A DNA stretch of 64,000 nucleotides from Microcoleus sp. (GTDB lineage Bacteria; Cyanobacteriota; Cyanobacteriia; Cyanobacteriales; Microcoleaceae): contig JAYFMW010000005.1 in NCBI GenBank assembly GCA_042408215.1, forward strand, positions 644,363 through 708,362, written 5' to 3'. The notes under the pieces are model-generated. The model searched no databases. It worked only from the letters and a program-made list of their open reading frames with translations, and had not been told where the DNA came from. Each line of letters starts with the position of its first letter. Within the stretch, counting starts at the first letter, position 1. The translations under genes were made by a program, and so were the position numbers. Positions 40,638 through 49,929 of the stretch are shown piece after piece.

Positions 40638-41462
40638 ATGAAAGTTGCGATCGTCGGTTGTGGTTATGTCGGTACAAGGGTAGCTAAAAATTTACGCAGC
40701 AAATCCGATTATACCGTGACGGCGACAACTACGACGGTTTCACGAGTAGTTGAATTGGAGGGTGTCGCCCAGCGGGTGGCTGTACTCAAAGGAAATGACA
40801 AAGAGGCGATGACGGCTGTATTGCAAGAACAAGATGCTGTTATGCTGTGCGTAGGTGCTCCTAATTCTCATACTTATCAGGAAAGTTACTTAGATACGGC
40901 GACTACTTTGGTATCAGTTTTAAAGGAGATACCGACAGTAAAGCAAGTTATTTATACCGGGACTTATTCTGTGTATGGCGATCGCCAAGGTGAACTGGTA
41001 AATGAAGATTCACCAGTCGCACCTGCTAATCAAAATGGTGACATTCTTGCAGAAACAGAACGGGTTTTATTAGCAGCATCGAGTCCAAATCTGAAAGTTT
41101 CTATTCTCCGTTTGGGTGGAATTTACGGGCCTGGACGAGAATTAGTTAAAATCTTTGGACGTTGGGCTGGGAGCACTCGTCCTGGTAGGGGGGAAGATGC
41201 TACTAATTGGGTGCATCTGGATGATGTTGTTGGGGGGTTAACTTTTGCTTTGGAAAATCGATTGCAGGGAGTTTATAATTTAGTTGGCGATGTGTCGCTA
41301 TCTAGTGGTGAATTGCTCGATCGCATTTGTGAAGCTAATAATTTGCCTAAAGTTTCTTGGGATGGAAGTCCTAGCGTGCGGCCTTATAATGCTAGGGTGT
41401 CGAATCTCAAGATTCAGGCGGCGGGTTATCAGTTTGTTCATCCTGAGATGAGGGAGTTTTAG
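40638..41462 (+). CDS. NAD-dependent epimerase/SDR (YeeZ-like)
   Basis: IVGCGYVG Rossmann motif, SVYGD, LRLGGIYGPGR, NWVHLDD. Confidence 0.9.
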   Translation: MKVAIVGCGYVGTRVAKNLRSKSDYTVTATTTTVSRVVELEGVAQRVAVLKGNDKEAMTAVLQEQDAVMLCVGAPNSHTYQESYLDTATTLVSVLKEIPTVKQVIYTGTYSVYGDRQGELVNEDSPVAPANQNGDILAETERVLLAASSPNLKVSILRLGGIYGPGRELVKIFGRWAGSTRPGRGEDATNWVHLDDVVGGLTFALENRLQGVYNLVGDVSLSSGELLDRICEANNLPKVSWDGSPSVRPYNARVSNLKIQAAGYQFVHPEMREF

Positions 41463-41667
41463 TTGGGCGATCGGTCTTTTTTTTAACCGCAGATTTATCA
41501 CAGGCGGGACGCCCGTGCCACAATGAACGCAGATGTCGGAAAGGGCGATCGCACTTCACAAAGCTTTACTTTTCCCTAGGGCCTCTTTCTTTTTTTCATC
41601 CGCGTTCATCCCTGTTCATCTCCCGACATCTGCGGTTCAAAAAAAGCCATTTCAATCGCCAACCAAC

Positions 41668-42930
41668 TTACCCCATAATCGCACCAAAAAAGTCGATCGT
41701 CTCTTTCAATGCTTTCACAAACACATCAATCTCCTCATAAGTATTGTAAAAATACAAACTTGCCCGCGCCGTCGATGAAACGTTCAAATAGCGGTGCAAA
41801 GCTTGCGTGCAGTGATGCCCCGATCGAATTGCGACTCCCTCCTCATCCAACATCGTAGCCAAGTCTTGAGGGTGAATTTCTCCGGCGCTAAATGCCGCTA
41901 GCGCCGCCCTTCCTTCGCCGTTGCTGTCTGGTTGCGGCCCATAGATTTTAATCTCTGGAATTTGCCGCAATTGTTGGAATAGATAAGCCGTTAATTCTGC
42001 TTCGTAAGCATGAATCTTATCCATGCCAATGTTAGTAAGATAATCGACGGCTGCACCAAGGGCGATCGCCTCTCCGATTGCAGGTGTGCCGGCCTCAAAT
42101 TTGTGCGGCAAATCGGCATAAGTTGAATGCTCTAAAAATACGTCAGCAATCATCTCGCCACCGCCGAAAAACGGAGGCATTTCTGTCAGCAAATCTAATT
42201 TTCCATACAGAAAACCGATGCCAGTGGGAGCGCACATTTTGTGCCCGGAAGCAACTAGCCAATCGCAATCCATTGCCTGCACGTCTATTACCATATGCGG
42301 CACGCTTTGGCAAGCATCAATTAAAACTTTTGCACCGTAATTGTGGGCGATTTCGCAGATTTCTTTGACTGGATTGATGCAGCCTAAAGTATTAGAAACG
42401 TGAACTATTGATACTAACTTAGTTTTATCGGAAATCAGGGTTTTGAACTGTTCAAAATCCAACTCGTTAGTTTCCGTTAACTCGACAAACTTCAGCACCG
42501 CACCAGTTTTTTGAGCTATCATTTGCCAAGGCACCAGATTGCTGTGGTGTTCCATTACTGACAGGATGATTTCATCTCCTGCTTGCAGATTTTTCAAACC
42601 CCAAGAGTAAGCGACTAAATTAATCGCTTCGGTAGCATTGCGAGTGTAGACAATTTCTTGCCGCGAAGCCGCATTTATAAAAGCAGCCACTTTATCTCTA
42701 GCGCCTTCGTAAGCATCTGTGGCTTTTCCACTGAGAGTATGGGCACCCCTGTGAACATTAGAATTGTATTTTTCATAATATTCTCGCCAAGCATTGAGGA
42801 CAGCTAAAGGTTTTTGAGATGTAGCTGCATTGTCGAGATACACTAGCGGTTTACCGTTGACTTTTTCATTCAAAATTGGGAAGTCACCGCGCACTTTTGA
42901 GGCCAATGTTTTTTCTTGAATAAGTGTCAT
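41668..42930 (-). CDS. sufS: Cysteine desulfurase SufS
   Basis: [37 protein letters not shown] at 42930. Confidence 0.97.
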   Translation of the reverse strand: MTLIQEKTLASKVRGDFPILNEKVNGKPLVYLDNAATSQKPLAVLNAWREYYEKYNSNVHRGAHTLSGKATDAYEGARDKVAAFINAASRQEIVYTRNATEAINLVAYSWGLKNLQAGDEIILSVMEHHSNLVPWQMIAQKTGAVLKFVELTETNELDFEQFKTLISDKTKLVSIVHVSNTLGCINPVKEICEIAHNYGAKVLIDACQSVPHMVIDVQAMDCDWLVASGHKMCAPTGIGFLYGKLDLLTEMPPFFGGGEMIADVFLEHSTYADLPHKFEAGTPAIGEAIALGAAVDYLTNIGMDKIHAYEAELTAYLFQQLRQIPEIKIYGPQPDSNGEGRAALAAFSAGEIHPQDLATMLDEEGVAIRSGHHCTQALHRYLNVSSTARASLYFYNTYEEIDVFVKALKETIDFFGAIMG

Positions 42931-42944
42931 AATTTTCAGAAGTG

Positions 42945-43206
42945 ATTTGTCGTTGGGTGGGGGCGGGTTTACGAGATTGTTGGTTTGAGGCAATTATTAT
43001 TCGTGAAACCCGCCCCTACAGGCTTGTTGAAATTTGTCGTTGGGTGGGGGCGGGTTTACGAGATTGTTGGTTTTAGGCAATTATTATCCGTGAAACCCGC
43101 CCCTACAGGCTTGTTGAAATTTGTCGTTGGGTGGGGGCGGGTTTACGAGATTGTTGGTTTTAGGCAATTATTATCCGTGAAACCCGCCCCTACAGGCTTG
43201 TTGAAA
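42945..43206. repeat. Three 87-bp tandem copies of a palindromic REP-like unit between sufD and sufS
   Basis: Units start at 42945, 43032 and 43119; each has GGGGCGGGTTTACG...CGTGAAACCCGCCCC. Confidence 0.95.
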
Positions 43207-43260
43207 ATGGTGCAAGATGTGGGTAGGGACACAGCACTGCTGTGTCCTCATCTTTATGAG

Positions 43261-44583
43261 TTAGGATTGAATAGCCATGCAGGTAGAAAGCATTTTTGCT
43301 ACTCCCAGAATTGGCAATTTATCCAGAATTTCTGCCGCAAAAGCATCGATTAGCAAATAGCGACTTCTCTCTAAATCCAAACCGCGACTTTGCAAGTAGA
43401 AAAGTTCATCGTCTTCTAATTGGCTGACTGTTGCACCGTGGGAACATTTAACGTTGTCAGCTACAATTTCTAACTGCGGTTTAGTGTCTACGCGGGCTCT
43501 TGGTGATAGCAACAAATTCCGGCTCAGTTGACCGGCGTCTGTTAATTGTGCTGCTTTGGGAACGAAAACTTTGCCGTTAAATACAGCACGAGCTTTGTTA
43601 CCTACAATGCACTTGTTTAGTTGGCGACTTGTACCGTGGGGGTGATTGAAACTAATCAAGCTGTGAGTATCAGCTAATTGTTCTCCAAAGGCTACGGTTA
43701 AGCCGTTTAGAGTTGTTTCAGTAGCTTCGCCTCGCTGAAAAACTTCTAAATTGTGCCGCGATATTTTGCCGCCCAAGCTGATAGCATGACAAGTATAACG
43801 GCTATTGCGAGATTGTTCGATCGCACTTTTGCCGATATGAACAACATTCCCAGCTTCCCGCTGAAGTCGAACATGATTCACCGCAGCATTTTCGCCGACA
43901 ACAACATCCGTTACAGCATTCGTAAATGCAGCTACATTACCGATAGTTGCGTAATCCTCAACCAGCGTGATGTTGCTTCCAGGCTCTGCTATAACCAAAC
44001 AGTGTGGCTGGCACATGGTCGGAGATGCACCTGGTGCGGTCAGGAACAGCAAATGAATCGGAACGGCGATCGACATATTGGCCGGCACAAACACTACCGC
44101 AGAATCGACTAAACCGGCGATATTCAAAGCAGTAAATACTTCAGTTTGTTGTCTGTGTTTGTTCAAAACATCGCTGATGCGCGGCTGATATTTTTCCGGT
44201 GCATTGGAGAGATTACCTACATAAAAGTCCGGCAAATTCACCGCTGACAAATCCGGCGCATAAAAACCATTGACAAATACCAATCTTAATGGTAAATCTG
44301 CCTTGTCTTTCACCGGCATCGTAATATCAGACAGTTGAATTTCTGACTGATTGCTCTCCGGTAAATTAAACGGAATTTGCAACAGCGGCGACAAATCAGT
44401 AAACCGCCATTCTTCATCCTTCACCGTCGGAAAATGAGAATAACGCACGTATTGAGCCGCAGCATCGTGCAAATCCTGTAACCCATAAGCCGAAGTTTTG
44501 AGATTAGCAGCGCCCAACTTTTCGCACTGATTCACCAAATCAGCCAAAAACATTTCTCTAGTAGCAACTTGCGTATTCATCAT
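43261..44583 (-). CDS. sufD: Fe-S assembly protein SufD
   Basis: [46 protein letters not shown]. Confidence 0.96.
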   Translation of the reverse strand: MMNTQVATREMFLADLVNQCEKLGAANLKTSAYGLQDLHDAAAQYVRYSHFPTVKDEEWRFTDLSPLLQIPFNLPESNQSEIQLSDITMPVKDKADLPLRLVFVNGFYAPDLSAVNLPDFYVGNLSNAPEKYQPRISDVLNKHRQQTEVFTALNIAGLVDSAVVFVPANMSIAVPIHLLFLTAPGASPTMCQPHCLVIAEPGSNITLVEDYATIGNVAAFTNAVTDVVVGENAAVNHVRLQREAGNVVHIGKSAIEQSRNSRYTCHAISLGGKISRHNLEVFQRGEATETTLNGLTVAFGEQLADTHSLISFNHPHGTSRQLNKCIVGNKARAVFNGKVFVPKAAQLTDAGQLSRNLLLSPRARVDTKPQLEIVADNVKCSHGATVSQLEDDELFYLQSRGLDLERSRYLLIDAFAAEILDKLPILGVAKMLSTCMAIQS

Positions 44584-45371
44584 CGCGCGCCAACTCCTGC
44601 TGCTTCTTCTTCCACAACCCAGTCATAACCGCGTTCTTCCAATTCCAGCGCCAACTCTTTCGGGCCTGTTGCGATAATTCTGCCACTTTCCATGACATGA
44701 ATGAAATCAGGGATAATGTAATTCAACAATCGCTGATAGTGAGTAATCACCAACATACAATTTTCAGCATTTGACAACTGATTCACACCGCCGGCGACAA
44801 TCTTGAGAGCATCGATATCCAAACCAGAATCAGTCTCATCCAAAATCGCTAACTTAGGTTCTAAAAGCGCCATTTGCAAAATCTCATTTCGCTTTTTCTC
44901 GCCACCGGAAAAACCCTCATTCACGCTGCGGTCTAAAAAAGCAGCATTCATCTTGACAATATCCAGCTTTTCTTCGATTAAATCTTGGAAATCAAAAGCA
45001 TCTAATTCTTCCAATCCGCGATGTTTGCGGTGAGCATTGTAAGCCACGCGCAAGAAATCCACATTGCTAACGCCGGGAATTTCTAAAGGATATTGGAAAG
45101 CTAGAAACACGCCAGCCAGAGAGCGTTCTTCTGGCGGTAATTCCAGTAAATTTTGTCCCAAAAATGTAACTTCTCCGCCCGTTATCGTATAAGCGGGATG
45201 ACCGGCTAATATTTTGGATAAGGTGCTTTTTCCTGAACCGTTCGGGCCCATGATGGCGTGAATTTCACCGGATTTAATTTCTAGGTTCAAACCCTTGAGG
45301 ATTTGGGTATCTTCGACATTCGCAGTTAAGTTGCGGACGGATAGCACCACTTGACTATTTTCAACAATCAT
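44580..45371 (-). CDS. sufC: Fe-S assembly ATPase SufC
   Basis: [46 protein letters not shown]. Confidence 0.98.
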   Translation of the reverse strand: MIVENSQVVLSVRNLTANVEDTQILKGLNLEIKSGEIHAIMGPNGSGKSTLSKILAGHPAYTITGGEVTFLGQNLLELPPEERSLAGVFLAFQYPLEIPGVSNVDFLRVAYNAHRKHRGLEELDAFDFQDLIEEKLDIVKMNAAFLDRSVNEGFSGGEKKRNEILQMALLEPKLAILDETDSGLDIDALKIVAGGVNQLSNAENCMLVITHYQRLLNYIIPDFIHVMESGRIIATGPKELALELEERGYDWVVEEEAAGVGAR

Positions 45372-45489
45372 CTCTTTTTTTCCTTGGCCTCAATGCGCTT
45401 TACAGTTTTTTCTTTCTTGTTTCTAGGCTCTGATCATTGGTGACAATTTAACGTAAAACCGATAGTCTCTCTTGTTTGTATCGAAGTCT

Positions 45490-45800
45490 CGATCCCCCCT
45501 TAGCTTGCCCCCTACTCCCCCTTAAGAAGGGGGGAACAAGAGTGTTCTTAAAGTACCCCTTAATAAGGAAGGGGGGGAACAAGAGTGTTCTTAAAGTACC
45601 CCTTAATAAGGAAGGGGGGAACAAGAGTGTTCTTAAAGTACCCCTTAATAAGGAAGGGGGGAACAAGAGTGTTCTTAAAGTACCCCTTAATAAGGAAGGG
45701 GGGGAACAAGAGTGTTCTTAAAGTACCCCTTAATAAGGAAGGGGGGAACAATAAGTATTCTCAAAGTCCCCCTTCTTAAGGGGGATTTAGGGGGATCTAG
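45490..45800. repeat. Five 42-43 bp tandem units inside a CCCCCTTAAG..GGGGGATTTAGGGGGATC element between sufB and sufC
   Basis: AACAAGAGTGTTCTTAAAGTACCCCTTAATAAGGAAG6-7 starting at 45535, 45578, 45620, 45662 and 45705. Confidence 0.95.
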
Positions 45801-45888
45801 ACTCGAATAAAAGCGACATTATTTATTGGTTGCAGTCTTAAGTTGTCACCAATAGACTCAGCCTGGAAGGGTTTCTCGCCCGCAAAAA

Positions 45889-47328
45889 TTATCCGACACT
45901 TCCTTCGAGTTTCAGACTCAACAGCTTATCAGCTTCCGCCGCAAATTCCATCGGTAACTGATTGAAAACATCTTTGCAGAAACCGCTAATCATCATTGAA
46001 ATAGCATTTTCTGCGGAAATTCCCCGCTGTGCGAAAAAGAACAATTGCTCTTCCCCTATTTTAGAAGTCGAAGCTTCATGTTCTACTTTAGCAGTATTGT
46101 TCTGCACTTGAATATAAGGGAAAGTATTTGCTTGAGCGTTATCGCCAATCAGCATCGAATCGCACTGAGAATAATTGCGAGAGCCTTTAGAGTTCGGCCC
46201 CATTTTCACTAAGCCGCGATAGCTGTTAGAAGAATTTCCCGCCGAAATTCCCTTGGAAATAATCGTGCTGCGAGTGTTTTTACCGACGTGGATCATTTTG
46301 GTGCCGGTGTCAGCTTGCTGTTTGTTGTTTGTCAGGGCTACCGAGTAGAATTCGCCTACGGAGTTGTCGCCGACTAATACGCAACTGGGATATTTCCAAG
46401 TAATCGCGGAACCTGTTTCTACTTGCGTCCAAGAAATCTTGGAATTGACTCCTTGACACAAACCGCGCTTAGTCACAAAGTTGTAAATGCCGCCTTTTCC
46501 ATTAGCATCGCCGGCGTACCAGTTTTGCACTGTTGAGTATTTGATATCGGCATTGTCCATTGTTACCAATTCCACGACGGCGGCGTGCAGTTGGTTGGTG
46601 TCAAACATCGGCGCGGTGCAGCCTTCGAGATAGCTAACAGAACTGTTTTCTTCTGCGACAATTAGGGTGCGCTCGAATTGGCCGGAATCTCCGTTGTTGA
46701 TGCGGAAATAGGTTGACAATTCCATCGGGCATTTTACGCCTTTGGGAATGTAAACGAAGGAACCGTCGCTGAATACGGCTGAGTTGAGGGCTGCGAAAAA
46801 GTTGTCGCCGACTGGTACTACGCTACCAAGATATTTTTCTATTAGTTCGGGATAATCTTTGACAGCTTCTGAGATGGAACAGAATATTACGCCGTCTTTG
46901 GCTAGTTTTTCTCTAAATGTTGTGGCTATTGAAACGCTGTCGAAAACGGCATCGACGGCGACGTTTCCGAGCCGCTTTTGTTCGGAGAGGGGAATACCCA
47001 GTTTCTCGAAGGTTTCGAGGAGTGTCGGGTCTACTTCGTCCAAACTGTTGAGCTTTTTGGGCTTTTGTTTGGGGGCGGAATAGTAGATAATTTTTTGGTA
47101 GTCGATCGCCGGATAGGTGACGTGGGGCCAGGTGGGCTCGGTCATTGTCAGCCACTTGCGGTATGCTTTGAGGCGGAATTGCAGCATGAATTCCGGTTCG
47201 TTTTTCTTGGAGGAAATCAGGCGCACTACATCTTCGCTTAAGCCACGGGGGATGGTGTCTGACTCGATGTCGGTGACGAAACCGTATTTGTAGGGCTGGT
47301 TGACTAGGGTTTTGACTGTAGAGCTCAT
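45889..47328 (-). CDS. sufB: Fe-S assembly protein SufB
   Basis: [55 protein letters not shown]. Confidence 0.98.
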   Translation of the reverse strand: MSSTVKTLVNQPYKYGFVTDIESDTIPRGLSEDVVRLISSKKNEPEFMLQFRLKAYRKWLTMTEPTWPHVTYPAIDYQKIIYYSAPKQKPKKLNSLDEVDPTLLETFEKLGIPLSEQKRLGNVAVDAVFDSVSIATTFREKLAKDGVIFCSISEAVKDYPELIEKYLGSVVPVGDNFFAALNSAVFSDGSFVYIPKGVKCPMELSTYFRINNGDSGQFERTLIVAEENSSVSYLEGCTAPMFDTNQLHAAVVELVTMDNADIKYSTVQNWYAGDANGKGGIYNFVTKRGLCQGVNSKISWTQVETGSAITWKYPSCVLVGDNSVGEFYSVALTNNKQQADTGTKMIHVGKNTRSTIISKGISAGNSSNSYRGLVKMGPNSKGSRNYSQCDSMLIGDNAQANTFPYIQVQNNTAKVEHEASTSKIGEEQLFFFAQRGISAENAISMMISGFCKDVFNQLPMEFAAEADKLLSLKLEGSVG

Positions 47329-47557
47329 TATTTTGCGCTTTCGAGTGTTCTGGATTAATCTCTCAAAGATGGCAGACTGGGCATTTTAGATTTTAGATTT
47401 TGGATTTTGGATTGGGGAATCTTGGTACAAGCCCCGTCCGTCCTTTAAGGATGAAACAAATTGTAAATAGTAAATCTAAAATCCAAAATCGTAAATCCAA
47501 AATCGTTTTGCTGTCTGGGCTTGAGCGAGTTCTGCTGGACTGCTCGGTTAAGTTAAA

Positions 47558-47612
47558 CAACAAGTTTGTTGCTTTACTATTATTTTAAGCTACATTAACA
47601 ATAGCGATCTTG
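47558..47612. promoter_or_regulatory. Pair of SufR operator sites
   Basis: Perfect CAAC-N6-GTTG at 47558-47571 and imperfect CAAT-N6-CTTG at 47599-47612, between divergent sufB and sufR. Confidence 0.8.
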
Positions 47613-47642
47613 TCAAAGTCAAATTAATATTTTTTTGTGAAG

Positions 47643-48335
47643 ATGATGGAGACTACTCAGCAGACTTCCACGAAACAAGACATCTTGCAATATTTGCTTA
47701 AGGGGGGTCAAGGGACTGCTCTTGAGTTGGCGGAGTCTTTGGACATCAGCCCCCAGGCGATTCGCCGTCACTTGAAGGATTTGGAGGGGGAGGGGCTGAT
47801 TCAGTATCAGTCGGTTCAGGCTGGGATGGGGCGGCCGCAGCACATTTATCAGCTTACCAGTCTGGGGCGCGATCGCTTCGGGAATCGTTATGGCGATTTT
47901 GCGGTTTCTTTTCTGGATACGTTGGCTGAGACTGTTGGCCGCGAGCAGGTGATTTCTATTCTGCAAAAGCAGTGGGAGCGGAAGGCGATGGAGTACCGCA
48001 GGCTGGTGGGTTCTGGTTCTCTGCAAGAGCGGGTGACTCAGTTGGTGGAGCTTCGCAAGGCTGAAGGTTACATGGCTGAGTGGTATCCTGTAGATTCTGT
48101 GGATGATGATGTGTGCGATCGCACGGAAAAGGGCGATCGTTTTGTGTTTATGGAACACAATTGTGCTATTTCTAATGTGGCTGAAACTTTTCCGAGTGTT
48201 TGTGGTAATGAGTTGGAGATGTTTGCAGCGGTTTTGCCGGATTGTACTGTGGAGCGGACTCACTGGATTATTGATGGGGAGCACCGCTGCGGTTATTTGA
48301 TTGCAAGGAAGGAAGTTCGGCAGCGGATTTTGTAG
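47643..48335 (+). CDS. sufR: Fe-S cluster biosynthesis regulator SufR
   Basis: STKQDILQYLL, ISPQAIRRHLKDLE, GRPQHIY, EHNCAI..VA..FPSVC..ELEMF, HRCGY. Confidence 0.96.
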   Translation: MMETTQQTSTKQDILQYLLKGGQGTALELAESLDISPQAIRRHLKDLEGEGLIQYQSVQAGMGRPQHIYQLTSLGRDRFGNRYGDFAVSFLDTLAETVGREQVISILQKQWERKAMEYRRLVGSGSLQERVTQLVELRKAEGYMAEWYPVDSVDDDVCDRTEKGDRFVFMEHNCAISNVAETFPSVCGNELEMFAAVLPDCTVERTHWIIDGEHRCGYLIARKEVRQRIL

Positions 48336-48452
48336 CGGATTTAACGGATGTCACGGAGGTCGGTTCGGCAGCGGATTTGGTAACGGATTTAACGGATGTC
48401 ACGGATTACCAATTACCTATTACCTATTACCTATTACCTATTACCTATTTAT

Positions 48453-48851
48453 ATGGAACCATTAGCTGATTTTTTAAAGCCGGAAGAGTGTGCGGAAGTT
48501 GATATGGCGCTGTTGTCGTCGAAGGAGAAGTTTTCGGCGCGTTTGGCAATTTATGCTTTGAGGGTGCTCAAGCAAATTGCTGGGGAGACTGGTTTGTCGG
48601 TGGCCCAGGTGAGCAATCAGCAGGTGATGGATTGGGTGAGGAATGATGAGAGTATTCAGCAGTCAATTCAAGTTGATGCTAGTTTTGAACTCTTTTTTAC
48701 GAATTTGGTGGTTGCGTCTTTGCGGCCTTTGAGGCAAATTGCGGCAGAATCTGAAGGGGCGATCGAGCAATTAACAGTTAAGCAGGTTGTGGCGTGGTTT
48801 GAGAAGGATGGGAAGATTCGCAGAGAGCAGGGTGCGGATGTGGCGTTTTAG
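48453..48851 (+). CDS. Conserved cyanobacterial hypothetical protein
   Basis: ATG after an STRR array; EECAEVDMALLSSKEKFSARLAIYALRVL...QVVAWFEK. Confidence 0.75.
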   Translation: MEPLADFLKPEECAEVDMALLSSKEKFSARLAIYALRVLKQIAGETGLSVAQVSNQQVMDWVRNDESIQQSIQVDASFELFFTNLVVASLRPLRQIAAESEGAIEQLTVKQVVAWFEKDGKIRREQGADVAF

Positions 48852-48993
48852 AATTTGCGATCGGGCTTACGCGCTTCGACCACAGAAACCGGGTTTTTTC
48901 CGAATCTGTCGCCTGCAACCAGGTATTTTCGTAAAAAACCCGGTTTCTAGACCCCCATGCGTTCAGGACGGGAAAAAATATTTCAAAAAGGGG

Positions 48994-49022
48994 TTGACAA
49001 ACTTAGGGGAGTTTGGTAATGT
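48994..49022 (+). promoter_or_regulatory. Strong sigma70-type promoter for the 5S gene
   Basis: A-rich UP-like region, TTGACA (48994-48999), 17 bp, extended -10 TGG-TAATGT. Confidence 0.75.
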
Positions 49023-49095
49023 AATAGAAGTCGAGCGAAACAGATGCAGCGCATCAAGTTTAACGCAGACACAGGATTAAAAGTTTTCAAAGCTT

Positions 49096-49213
49096 TCCTG
49101 GTGCTTATGATGTAATGGAACCACTCCGATCCATCCCGAACTCGGTTGTTAAACGTTGCTATGGCGAAGATACTCGGCGGGTCACTGCCCGGTAAAATAG
49201 CTCGGTGCCAGGT
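49096..49213 (+). rRNA. rrf: 5S ribosomal RNA (solitary)
   Basis: TCCTGGTG...GGAACCAC..CGATCCATCCCGAACTCGG...GGCGAAGATACT...AAAATAGCTCGGTGCCAGG; 118 nt with complementary ends. Confidence 0.96.
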
Positions 49214-49225
49214 TAATAATAAATT

Positions 49226-49268
49226 AAAGCTCTTTTCCCGCAACAACGGAAAAGGGCTTTAGTTTTTT
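49226..49268 (+). terminator. Intrinsic terminator after 5S
   Basis: aaagctcttttcc-loop-ggaaaagggcttt followed by agtttttt. Confidence 0.8.
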
Positions 49269-49368
49269 GGGGAGTTGTTAGTCATTTGGTTTAGGACTCG
49301 GCGGTTGAAACCGCTTCTACACAAACGAAGTCCGCCTTCGCGGACTGAAGAATAAGAGGTAAAACTTT

Positions 49369-49587
49369 ATGAAGATTAGTTATGATTCCGAAGTTGATGC
49401 TCTCTAGATTAGACTTGTAGAAGGTAAGCATCAGTGCCGTACTTTACAGTTGACTGACGAAATTGCTTTAAATATTGGGGAAAATGAGTTATTGGTAGGG
49501 ATAGAAGTTTTAGATGCTACACAGGTTTTAGGTAGTGGAAATGTACCTAATGTAGTGCTAGAAAATATAGCTTTTACTGTAGCTTAA
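49369..49587 (+). pseudogene. DUF2283-family protein with an in-frame TAG at 49405-49407
   Basis: MKISYDSEVDAL*IRLVEG...LLVGIEVLDA; RBS GAGG upstream. Confidence 0.8.
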
Positions 49588-49798
49588 ATTCGCTCTCCGG
49601 CTGATTAGTCGTTACTTCCAGGCGATCGACCTCCTCGAACCATTTTGCCCAAGCTTTAGCAATATCATCTGGGATTTTGGGTTGAGCTATTCTATTTTGG
49701 TGCTTGTGCATCACAAAGTCGATGAACTCGCTGACTTCTGGCAAAAATGATTCTGGAAGTTGCTGCAATTTGGCGATCGCGATCTCACGAATAGTCAT
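49574..49798 (-). CDS. DUF2281-like putative antitoxin (possibly truncated)
   Basis: MTIREIAIAKLQQLPESFLPEVSEFIDFV. Confidence 0.65.
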   Translation of the reverse strand: MTIREIAIAKLQQLPESFLPEVSEFIDFVMHKHQNRIAQPKIPDDIAKAWAKWFEEVDRLEVTTNQPESEFKLQ

Positions 49799-49929
49799 AA
49801 TAGTTGCCTCTTTCAGTCGTCTTTATTTTAACACAATCATCACAGGCGATCGCCCTTATTGTAGCAGTCAAGAGTGGGCGATCGCCTTCCGCCTTCTTCA
49901 TAGCCAGAATCGCGGGCAAAAGTTGTTAC

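Noticed and set aside
42945..43206. Possible CRISPR array, or the 122-aa ORF 42985-43353
   Set aside because: Whole 87-bp units repeat without variable spacers; the ORF is an artefact of a period divisible by 3.
45535..45750. Possible CRISPR array
   Set aside because: The units are contiguous and identical apart from G-run length; there are no unique spacers and no cas genes.
47619..48284. 221-aa antisense ORF over sufR, and similar antisense ORFs over cysK, ftsW, nadC and the 49930 gene
   Set aside because: They fully overlap well-supported genes and have no recognisable motifs.
48983..49246. 87-aa minus-strand ORF
   Set aside because: It is antisense to the 5S rRNA gene.
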